A DNA stretch of 63,099 nt, counting the filler, from Octopus bimaculoides (Eukaryota), in NCBI RefSeq assembly GCF_001194135.2. It is 6 parts of 6 records of this genome, joined end to end, with 100 filler letters (N's around TTAATTAATTAA, not from the genome) between each part and the next. Parts side by side here need not be neighbours in the genome. Positions count along the whole stretch, not along the records: positions 33,332 to 53,733 come from NC_068999.1; 5 more parts are not named here. One strand, given 5' to 3'. Below the pieces are notes generated by a model. It did no database searches. It worked only from the letters and a program-made list of their open reading frames with translations, and was not told the DNA's origin. Positions 37,348 through 48,608 of this stretch are shown here, one piece after another. The first letter of the stretch is position 1; every line of letters begins with the position of its first letter. A program made the translations under genes and the position numbers.

Positions 37348-37583
37348 GTGGAGGCGCGTGGCCAAGTGGATAGGGTGTCGGCACCATGATCGTAAGATTG
37401 TGTTTTCGATTCCTGGATCGGTCGACGCGTTTTGTTCTTGAGCAAAACACTTCATTTCACGTGTCTCCAGTCCATTCAGCTGGCAAACATGAGTAACGCT
37501 GCGATGGACTTGCGTCCCGTCCAGCTGGGGAACACATACGCCATTGAAACCGGGAAACCAGGCCCATGAGCCTGGCTAGGCTT
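37348..37583 (+). mobile_element. tRNA-derived SINE, family C
   Basis: A-box TGGCCAAGTGG, B-box-like TTTCGATTCC, CORE-like ttcttgagcaaaacacttcatttc; homologous to 5140-5270. Confidence 0.82.
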
Positions 37584-38007
37584 ATTATTTTTTTTACTAA
37601 CTATATTGCTTAGAACTAAAATTTTAAACATCAATCAATCTATCTATGTATCTCGCACTCTTTTTCTCTCTCTGTGTCTCTTTATATANNNNNNNNNNNN
37701 NNNNNNNNNNNNNNNNNNNNNNNNNNNNNNNNNNNNNNNNNNNNNNNNNNNNNNNNNNNNNNNNNNNNNNNNNNNNNNNNNNNNNNNNNNNNNNNNNNNN
37801 NNNNNNNNNNNNNNNNNNNNNNNNNNNNNNNNNNNNNNNNNNNNNNNNNNNNNNNNNNNNNNNNNNNNNNNNNNNNNNNNNNNNNNNNNNNNNNNNNNNN
37901 NNNNNNNNNNNNNNNNNNNNNNNNNNNNNNNNNNNNNNNNNNNNNNNNNNNNNNNNNNNNNNNNNNNNNNNNNNNNNNNNNNNNNNNNNNNNNNNNNNNN
38001 NNNNNNN

Positions 38008-38044
<37 letters not shown>

Positions 38045-38990
38045 CATTTCGATACAGAGGTATAATAACCAGTCTCAATATCCTTGCGAATTAGACTAAA
38101 ACTTTTGGATAGTACAGAGTGTAATATCAATTAAAGAATGGCAAGAAAAAGAAACAGGAGTTACCTAATCATCTTCATTGGATTATAGCTCTATCTGCTA
38201 TATCATGTATGCAGCCAGGGAAGAGATCTTGTGAAACATCCCACTGCTTGCTCGGACAAGCATCAAGTTCTATGTGCACTGCTTCATATAGCAGAAACTG
38301 TTGTTAGGTAGTAAAGATTACGTAGCTCCTGCTCATTAATCATTGGTTAATTGATATACATATATATATGGGTGTATGTATACATCCATCTATGCATACA
38401 TAGACACGCACACATAAGAAACAATAAACACACACAAACACGCAAGCACACTCACATTTACATTGTTAGTATTATGGTAGTGAGAATCTATATGGGAAAT
38501 CCTACTCGCTATTTTCTTGAACTGGACGTTGAGGTCAAGCTAATACAAATATATGGTTACTATCTCATCCTAAATAGCATAGACACCACGCAGTGCAATT
38601 ACTTTGCAATTTTCCAAACCTTATTCTTAAGTTGGAATCTAATATCAGAAGCATTAAGGTGATTAATGCACTGAATTAGAAGTAGGCTGTCGGTAATCTT
38701 CTAAATTTCGTTAATCTTTATAATTTCAGTTTCTGATTCAAGCAATCACTCAGCTCTTACGTTGATAATAACCATTAGAAGTATATACAATTCCGAACGT
38801 ATCCCACCCATTATTAATTAGCATTGGCCATTGCGATCATTTAAAACAATACTTCATCCGCTGCAAAGCAGAGATAACCTACTCGTTGGACAGATTATAA
38901 CGACTGGTTTACTTTCCTGTCTATGGCTTTTACATTTCAAAACGTTTAACAATCCCATACTCTGTAACCTCTTGGTATTATTAATGCACT

Positions 38991-39250
38991 AAGGCGGTGA
39001 GCTAGCAGAAACATTAACGCGCCTCTATATTTAGCCCCTTGTGGGCAATAAAGAAATAAGAAACGTTAGCACGCCGGGCGAAAGTCCTAGCGGTGTTTCG
39101 TCTGTCTTTATGTTCTGAGTTCAAATTCCGCCGAGGTCGAATTTTGCTTTTCATCTTTTCGGGGTCGATAAATTAACTACCAGTTGCGTACTGGGTCGAT
39201 CTAATCGACTGGCCCCGTCCGCCCAAAATTTCGGGCCTTGTGCCTAGAGT
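38991..39250 (+). mobile_element. SINE family A containing a 37-bp nested insertion
   Basis: aaggcggtgagctagcag...ctgagttcaaattccgccgaggtcg...cggggtcgataaattaactaccag...gggccttgtgcctagagtag. Confidence 0.9.
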
Positions 39251-39277
39251 AGAATAGAGTATGATTAATGTACTTAG

Positions 39278-39490
39278 AAAGGTGGCGAGCTAACAGGATC
39301 GTTACTGTGCCGGAAGAAATAATTAACGGCATTTCTTCTTATTTTACGTTTAGAGTTCAAATGTTGCCGGTGTCGATTTTGCTTTTCATACTTTCGGGGT
39401 CAATAAAATAAGTAGAAGTTAAACACTGAGATCCATCTAACCGACTTATTCGCTCTCATGGAAATTACTGGTATTCTGCCGAAAATTTCA
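39278..39490 (+). mobile_element. SINE family A (second of a tandem pair)
   Basis: aaggtggcgagctaacag...gagttcaaatgttgccggtgtcg...tttcggggtcaataaaataagta. Confidence 0.78.
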
Positions 39491-40617
39491 ACCATTCTTA
39501 ATATATTTAGAGAGTTTAATGTGGTTTCACTCTACATCCATTGTGATATGTGTGTGTATGACTAGCAATGTTAAACATTTTCTTTCTATCAATACTAAAT
39601 CTGTTTTGTTTTTAATTAAGTCTATATAATTAACGGTTCGGCAATATATATATATACATTATATATATATATATATATATATATATTCGTGCCTATGTTT
39701 ATGTATATGTATATATTTCGCTTAGGTATTGTGAGACTAATAATTTTATTTAGAACCCAATATACATATACTTCAGAAAGAAGCGTCTGTTGAGTACGAG
39801 GCTCCGATGAAGCCATAATATATTGCTCAGGCACTGAACTATGAGTCCACTGCATCTTATAGCAGAAACAGCGGAGAAAATATTTTGACGTGGGCAACAG
39901 ATAGCTCGGAATTATTTCGTCAAACAATATGCGATAATAAACCAACATTCTTTAGCTAATATTTAACGGGATATTCTACTTGGGCAACTTGGTATTCAAA
40001 TATTATTTTAGTCTGTATGATAATTGCAACAATGTTTATGTTTCTCTCATATTTATTCAGGAATTTATATGGTGATCCTGGTTCCTGTTCCTGCACACAC
40101 TCACCTATAATATTTGCTCTACCTACACAAATGAATGTTTATCAAGAACATATTTCCGAAACAAACTGATCCTAAACAAATGCATTTATATTTCTAACAC
40201 ATAACTGATTAGTTTCCTTATTTATTTGGCTCATCATGTGTTATTACAGATAAGTCCGTTATTATTAGTTCGGGCAGGACACATTTAATATATTTTATCA
40301 TGTAAATAGTGTACTTTTTTGTAAGATTTAAAACTTAGTCACTTAGTCACATTCTCTTATACATCGAGGCATAAGATTTTGTTTCGTAAGTCATTTTAGT
40401 TTCCTTATAAGAAAATAACCATAATTTCAATTCCATAGATTTATGCCATCATTCACTGGTGTTTACAAGAGGTTTTTGACTATGAAGTAATAAAATTAAC
40501 TTTTTTGAATAAGAACTTTAAACTAAGTTGAATATACTTAACATTTACAAAAAAGATTCAACTACCTTCTGGAAAAAAAACTCAAGTACTTTCTGAATCA
40601 CAATATTAATAATCATT

Positions 40618-40826
40618 TGAAATGTTGGCAAATAAACAGCAGGTTTTGGGCGAAAGGGAAGTCGATTATAACGACTCCAGCACTTAACATGTATTTAAAT
40701 TATTGACGCCGAAAGAATGGAAGGTAAAGTTCTCCTCGGAGGAATATGAACCCAAACATAAAGACGGACTAAATGCTGCTAAGCATTTTGACTGGTATGC
40801 CAATGGTTCTGCCAGCTCACCATCTT
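40618..40826 (-). mobile_element. SINE family A
   Basis: aagtcgattataacgactccagcac...aaagacggactaaatgctgctaagcattt...ttctgccagctcaccatctt. Confidence 0.78.
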
Positions 40827-40952
40827 AATCACAGTTATACTAATTGTGTTGTTTTTTTAATCTTGTTCAAGCTAAATACGTGCAGTTAATTTATACGGAA
40901 TTTACGCTTAATTATCAGGTAGCTAAACACCATGAAGTTTAATTATAATATA

Positions 40953-41235
40953 CTGGCGGATCTCGTGCCGTCAATAATGACGACAAATTGTAGTATTCTA
41001 TATCATCACTCATACAAACATTCACATACTTCCCTTGTACAGTCACACACATGCACACATATACTCACATAGAGTTGAAACGCTGATTTTTTTTTCACCC
41101 TTTCCTTTCCCTCACTCCCTCTCAGTCGCTATTACTTTCTCTCAGTCAGGGGTATTACTCTCACTACTTCACATTCACTGAATTGCAATTTTCTCTCCTC
41201 CTCCGCGTCCGGCGTGATTCTGGACATATATATAA

Positions 41236-41274
<39 letters not shown>

Positions 41275-41315
41275 ACAAATATATAAAACACTACACTCAT
41301 TATTATATTAGGAGA
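40953..41315 (-). mobile_element. Probable non-autonomous Helitron (about 363 bp) with internal (CA)n
   Basis: Minus strand starts A|TCTCCTAATATAATAATG and ends GACGGCACGAGATCCGCCAG|T (imperfect hairpin, CCAG instead of CTAG). Confidence 0.5.
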
Positions 41316-41484
41316 TAATTATTTCAAATATATGCACGATGAATATGCTTTATTTCATTTTATTTAAATTAGGTAAAAAAAAATTGCCTGACCACATTGG
41401 TTTATATAGCTACCTTTAGATTTAAGAAGTAAAATTCAGACATTGTAAAGTAACATTAGGTAACAGGACTAATATTATTAAACG

Positions 41485-42340
41485 TAACAGGGAAGTAAAA
41501 CATTATCCGCACTTTCGACAAAACTTTGTTCAGGTCGGCCACGCTGCTTTCAGCGCTAGCGTACTAAAATGTGACACTCTTGTGGTGATGTAACCGAGAT
41601 TTGATCTTTACCGTTCCAGTAATCCCACTTGTACTACAGAATAAATATAGCATCTCGGCTGGCAACGCTTACTAGGCTGCTACAGCGTTAGATATCATGC
41701 TCTTTTGGAGAGAATAGTTACAGGAGATGAAACGTAGGTCCTTCGTTTTGTGCCAGAATTCAAAAGGCAGGATGTGAATTGGAAACATCTGGAATCACCA
41801 GCGGAAACTAAATCCAAGACTTAACCTTGCGCAGAGAAAGTAATGTTAACTGTCCAATATTGGAACATTCTCTGGAAACGGGGCTACAGTTACTACTGAA
41901 GGCCACAGTGAGAAACTGGTCAACAAACAGAAGCCAGCAATTCGCGCCGATCATCCGAGTTAAGTGGTATTGTTGCACGACAGTGCACGCCCACACAACG
42001 CCGACTACACCGTTGAAAGCATTGAAAAACTGGGTTTCGAAATTCTGGAACATCATTCTGCATGCAGTTTAGATTTTGCTCCTTTTTGACTAGCACATCT
42101 CTGAACCACTCAAACGTGGTTTAAGACAACGTCGTTTTTCCATGAAAGAAGATGCATGAAGCGGTACATAAATGGCTGCGCGACTAGCCTTCTTCGATGG
42201 AATAAGCAAGATTGTGAACTGCTGGAAAAAGCATGGAAAAGCAAGGAAATTATGTCGGAAGATTATGTAATTGTTCAACACTAACATTTGTTTTAATAAA
42301 TTACAGAAACAAGAGTGCGTATAAATTTTGACGTTATCTA
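41485..42340 (+). mobile_element. Internally deleted, decayed mariner (different family from 2001-3254)
   Basis: VLLHDSARPH, LGFEILEH..SLDFAPFD..EPLKRGLRQRRF, AVHKWLR. Degenerate TIR pieces gtaaaacattatccgcact (41495-41513) and agtgcgtataaattttgac (42314-42332), 15/19 identical when inverted. Confidence 0.8.
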
Positions 42341-42851
42341 CTCAAAAGTCGACTGACAAACGGTCTTCTTTCCAGTTTGATGAATGGCGGAATAGCTTAT
42401 TATTTTGACCAGGAAATCCTGGATAGCTGTACTTACAAGTCTTGTGGATTTTAATTTAAAATTATCTTCATACTGCTCGAGTGCTTTTATACTTGTTGAA
42501 ACATTACTTCACACATATACACACACTCACATAACAATTCTTGACTATTGACGCGTTACTGAAACATTTTCGTATTGTCTATATACTTATTGAAACTTAG
42601 TTCTGACCTCTAAAGCAGAGAAAACAATTGCACTAGGTAGTTTTATTAATCTTAAAGCAAGAGAAATCTGTTATTTTCTCATAAATTTTAGCTGTTAAAA
42701 TACGACTTAGAAAGCATTAGTCCCTCAGCACTACTTAATCACCGATGAACACAATCTCACAAAGTTGACATCTACGTAGTTTTATTAATGATGTCACGTC
42801 TTCATTAAACGTTTTCAACATCTTTCGATACTTACCCTTAACAATTGTCTC

Positions 42852-43071
42852 TACTCTAAGCACAAGGCCTTGAATTTTTTTTTTTTTTGTGGGGGAAGGA
42901 AGCTAGTCGATTAAATCGACACCAGTGCACAACGGGTACATATTTCATCGATCCTGAGAAGATGAATTACAAAGTCGACCACGGGGAATTTAAACTCAGA
43001 ACGTAGCGGCAGACGAAATACTGTTAAGTATTTCGCCCGGCGTGCTAACGATTCTGCCAGCTCGCCGCCTT
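42852..43071 (-). mobile_element. SINE family A
   Basis: ctactctaagcacaaggcc...aaactcagaacgtagcggcagacgaaatac...ttcgcccggcgtgctaacgattctgccagctcgccgcctt. Confidence 0.9.
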
Positions 43072-43961
43072 ATTGTTTACCCTTAACAATAAACTTATCC
43101 GCATATCTATTAGATTTCCTATTTATCTATTATTAAAAAAAAGTACACTTTTAACCAACTTTTAAAATTGTAATCTGAAATTCCTTAACATGTTTCATGC
43201 GAAACATTGAAGAAATCTTCCTTATTTTCGGCGAGTCAGTCTTTAATTCCACGATCGCCATGACACTTCGGTTAAATTTCAAAAGTTACAAACATACATA
43301 CACATATACACATACATACATGCATAGATGCATACATACATATTTACATGTATATATATACGCGCATACATACACACATGCATATATAATCATACTTTAT
43401 ATGCTCATATACAAACATACAGATAAAAGTATATGTATGCGTGTATATTTAAGAATGTGTCTTTACCATATGATAATACTTCTACGTTCATACGTGCGCA
43501 TATATATTTTTCAACGGTGTTTCATCGTAAATAATATTTCAACGTACATATTTCTCTGGTAGTGGATCTCTCTATCACTTCTATTATTTTCTCTCCCTTT
43601 CTCTGTTTCTCTTTCTCTTTCTCTCACCCTTACCTCGCATAGGCCGCCCTGCCTTCGACTCTTTCTCCCCAGTAAAATTCATCTCTAGATTAAAACCCTC
43701 TTTCACAAAGGATTTTAATCAGGATGTAAATACACTTCCTCGCTTGCCCATCTCTACATACATACTCACATCCCCAAAGTGCTTTAAACACATACCTATG
43801 GTTTTCACAGTACACTGATACCCATAGGTATGCACACACGCTGAGCCTCCTCCCTTCTTAACTCCCCCAGGGAACTGCATTTCTATATGACTCTTATAAG
43901 CCTTGCTAGTGTATATTTCCTTCCTACCTCATTTTCACAGTCACTCTCATCTGTTTTCATA

Positions 43962-43995
43962 TTTTGATGAAGGACTCGCGTCCGAAACTTCAAGA
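43962..43995 (+). ncRNA. Degenerate minimal hammerhead-like motif
   Basis: TTGATGA A GGAC-TCGC-GTCC GAAA C T TC: perfect 4-bp stem II; core C3 is T, stems III and I are degraded. Confidence 0.5.
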
Positions 43996-46900
43996 GTATT
44001 TTTCTTTCTTTTATGCTTTAACGTAATACATTTCTTAAAATTCTCTCCTCTTCATTTATTTAGTGACAAATACATACCACAACGCACGCGCACTCATACA
44101 CGCATACACACACCCACACACGCACGTGAACGTGCACGCACGCGCACTAACACACAGACACGCGTGCACACACACACACACATAAGACACAATACACGAA
44201 GTACGTCTGTTGAGTATTGGTAGTGTTAATTTATCCGACATTATGAAACGAAAATATAGTTTATATTATCAGCTCTTTCGCTAATTTAAATTCTAAATTC
44301 TAAAACATACTCTATATATCAATGTTACGATACTACTCGGCTAAATGTCTCTTACAGCCTAAGTTTCTGAGGTTATTTTTAACATTTGTTATCTTTGGCT
44401 TTGAACTGTCTGGGGACTCAAAAACAAAAATTTCTATTGTACTGTTATTTACTCTCTCAAATAAATATAAAACAACTCGGATTTTATTTTACTAAAAACA
44501 AAAAACTAAATTTAATTAAACAATTTTTCCCAGCTGTAGAGCAAATATTTCCTTGTACATTTCTTGTAATATAGACAAAACTTTATTAAATTTCTATTTT
44601 AAACGATCGTTGTGTATTTGCTATTTCTCTAATTCTCTCGAGAATTTACAATTATCACTACAAACACTTTTTGAAATAACGTTTGTTGACACAAGAAATA
44701 ATTAGTAGTAAATACAATGTAGAAGTGAATATCTCAAGCTATAGATTTGAAAATGTTATTTGAATAGTGTTTGAATTATTTAACTTTTTTAATATCTAGG
44801 TCACTTATGTCATTGTAAAAGCTTTGACCGTTACAGGTGTGTTCCTGCGCTATCATTATATTGCTGTCTGGACTAGCTTTTAAATGTACCTCTGTGGCAT
44901 TTTCTTTACAAATATCGTAATTTTGAGTGACATAAACATCCTTTAATGGTTTAAACAATTCTAATCATAAATTTGTAAATCCAGAATATAATGAATGAAA
45001 TAATGTTCATTATATATTTGAAAATAACCCTTAATTACTAGCAAATGAAAATTAGGCGCGCCTCTAATATAATTACATATGCAGTTAACAAGAAAATAGT
45101 ATTATCCAATGCCGAATAACTTCATTGTCAGTGCTTTTTCAAATATATGATTAGTGTTGATAACAAATGCAGGTCATTTATGACATTGAATATGTTTGAC
45201 CATGACAACTTTATTTCTGAGCTATCATTATATTACTGTCTAGTGATTAGTTTTTAACATTTACCTCTATAAAGGATACTTTTTTCCTACTTCGTTGACG
45301 CAACCGCTACAGCAAAACTGTTAGAGCTCAAATGTATTCCAAAATTCACGCAATTATGTTTTTTTCTTCTTTTTTTTAAAAAATTCCTGTAATTTCTTCT
45401 TCATTATCTATTTTAAGATATATTTCACATCAGTCTACTCTATTCTCTATATTCTATTGTCGGATATGTTTTAAATGTTTCAAATGCCAGGTGAGAATCA
45501 CTCCACGGTATTGAGGCTGCCAATAATCAATATTTAATTTGCTAGCCTATTGGTTCATGTCTTTAATAGAGATAGTACGTAGTTCCTCAAATTATTCATA
45601 TATATAGTTTATTACGCTGAATTAGACCGCATTTATGTCTAATAACGTCAGAACTTATTATAGAGAGTGATTGCATAACATGTTTTCTCATCAGCCATCT
45701 CATCATGTGTATTACATAAATAATGCAATTATATAAATGATAGTTGTGTTCTTTTGAGTAAAAAAAAAAGAATGGCCTACAAATTATATCAGGAACATGT
45801 TTTGTTAGATATTTTACTTATTTGATTTTTCCAACTTGAATTATGAAATAAGAACAGCATAGTCTATCGTTAATTTCAATGAATAGGATTCAATTTCTGG
45901 AAGTTTGTTAATTATCTCAGGAGGGAAATGAAATCAAATCACATAAAATCAAATTGAATTGAAGAATGTTTAGTTGAATGCAAATAATTCAACCTGACTT
46001 ACCCTACGAAGTGAGAATTCTAGAATTTAATATTTTCTTCTCAGAAATGAAATAAGAATTACTTTAAAAGCATTTTCATCAAATCCAATCTGATCACATT
46101 TTTTCAATTTTATTAGAATTGGAATAGATTTCGTTAAAGATATAATAAACTGAATGTGATATCGACTAATCAACTGAACATATTAATATTATTAGTTACC
46201 GCTTTCTTTCACCAACTGTTGGCAAGTGGAATTATTAATTAGTTTAAAAATCAATCATCGTTCATTTCCAATTTAGTAATAAAAAATGTAATTTATTAAC
46301 TTTTTAGTCTATGAAAATCTAATAAAATTTTATATTTATATAATATGAAAAATTACCTGAAAAAATAGGAAACTTTGTATAAAGTTTCTTTTAAACAAAT
46401 TTAGATATATTTTTTATCATAATCTTACGGTTTGACGTATATAATGAGCACGGCTTGAGACATTCGTTTGGAATAAGACAAGGAATAAAACAAGTCTTAT
46501 CGTGACTAATTAAGATTATACCTTATGAATATCGTGCTTACAAGCATTTGATAATCCAAAATACTTTATTAGGTACGTGTTTTGGCAATTACCTTGATCT
46601 GCGTCAAGATGAACAACAGCCGTAGTAGTGGAGTTTGTTATGAGTATTTATCTTATTAATTATTTCTTGAGAGTGCCTGCACATTTCCTTATCTTAATTG
46701 GCTTTTTTTTATATATAATGCTAAACACCTTATTAATTATCCTCTAGATTGTTGATAATTTTGGAAGTCTATGAACGTAGTTTACATTGAATATTTTGTT
46801 GCACCGTATCAATGTTGCAAAAGTAAACAGAGGGAATGATTTTTTTCTTTCATAAAGATTATTACACTACTTGCCTTAAGATTTGTTACTTTGCGTCATT

Positions 46901-47735
46901 TAGCCAATTTCACGAGTTTCAGAAAGATATAATATTTGTTCCATTATAGGGCTCGTATCATCTTGCGTTCTGATGAATTTAATCAACAGTCATATTCTCT
47001 AATTTTGGTTTTCTGGTATCGTTTATGTTCAGAATATACAATTATCTACGCAATGTTACTGAGCAACCAATGAAATACAGATTACACGAATGCATTGTTG
47101 ATGTAGTTGTGTAATCCTACCGTATAGTCAATAAGGTATAGTCAAAATCATTCCTTTCAATAGTATCCCTTGTTCTTTTGTGGTCGTAAATATCTTGTAT
47201 TCTGTTGTACATATTTCGTTGCCTTTTTCATCGAAGTGACACATGAAAATATATTCAGGCCGTTTCATCTTGTCTGTTTTCAGAAATTTTATTTTCAGCA
47301 ATGCATTAATTATTCAGTATATATTTTAAGGTCTACTTTAAGACATCATAAATGAATATGTGGGAGGTCTTTGATCGATACTTCTCATTAGCATTTATCT
47401 ATCAGATATTCAGTTATCAAGAGTTCTTTGTCAATGCTTCCTCGCATTATAAGTTGGTATATTAGGACTGGAGGAAAATTCAACTGCTATTTCTAACATG
47501 CCAACCATTGACAATCCTCAATTGCATCTACTTCAATTGTAATGTTTAGTATTCAACCATATCTCATTTATCTTGGATGTATGAGGTAACTATAGCGATA
47601 ATACATATTGATGTAGGATGGATTCTTTTTACCAACATAATTATTGCTCATTATTCTACTGATGATGAAAAGTTTGCATTGATTACTTGTATCCATTGGT
47701 TATTTTCATCCATATTACTTCCAAGTATTCTTTTC

Positions 47736-47943
47736 TACTCTAGGTACAAGACCCTACATTTTGGAGGAGGGAGCCAGTCGATTAGACCGACCCCAGTACG
47801 AAACTGGTACTTAATTTATTGATCTTGAAAGGATGAAAAGCAAAGTCAACTTCGGCAGAATTTGAATTCAGAACATAACGACGGACGAAATACCGCTAAG
47901 CATTTCGCCCGGCATGAACACGTGGTTGCCAGCTCACCGCCTT
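47736..47943 (-). mobile_element. SINE family A
   Basis: ccagtcgattagaccgaccccagtacgaaactggtacttaattt...cagaatttgaattcagaac...gctaagcatttcgcccggc...gccagctcaccgcctt. Confidence 0.88.
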
Positions 47944-48090
47944 GTTTCTCCCAAGTATTGTGAAAGAAGCATCGTGGACGTTATCAATGCAAATATAAGT
48001 GGGAGTGACTGTAACGATTGTTTGCCGATCGGCTTAAAATACCGCCCATATTAACTGCTATACTCATGCTATAACCTCACATTTGGTTGG

Positions 48091-48608
48091 GCTTTGTGGA
48101 GTTCACTCTTGTTGCTTGAAGTCAGGTTATGCCTCTAGTATGAGTACAAAATGTGAGTTATGGCTACTTTCGTCTCTCTGCATATCCAGTTTCGGGGACC
48201 CAACAAATAACTCGCAGGAGGTCCCCTTCCGTCTCTCTCAATGTCATACATATTCTGCTCTTAGCTATGATTTTTTAAAACTCCGTTGGCTAGATTTTCT
48301 CCCCTGCAAATTCTCCCAGAGAGTTATGCAATATTGGGAAAGACAGCAATGACATCCATAGAAACCATGTGCATAGCGATGCTTTGTGGAGTTCGCTCTT
48401 GTTGCTTGAAGTCAGATAATGCCTCTAGTATGAGTACAAAATGTGAGTTGGGGCTACTTTCGTCTCTCTGCATATCCAGTTTCGGGGATCCAACAAATAA
48501 CTCGCAGGAGGTTCTCTTCCGTCTCTCTCAATATCATACATATTCTGCTCTTTGCCATGATTTTTTAAGACAGCAATGACATCCATAGAAACCATGTACA
48601 TAGCGATG
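48091..48608. repeat. Tandem duplication with a 290-bp unit; the second copy has a 62-bp internal deletion
   Basis: gctttgtggagttc starts at 48091 and 48381. Copies are about 93-95% identical by eye. The segment aactccgttgg...attgggaa is absent from copy 2. Confidence 0.93.
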
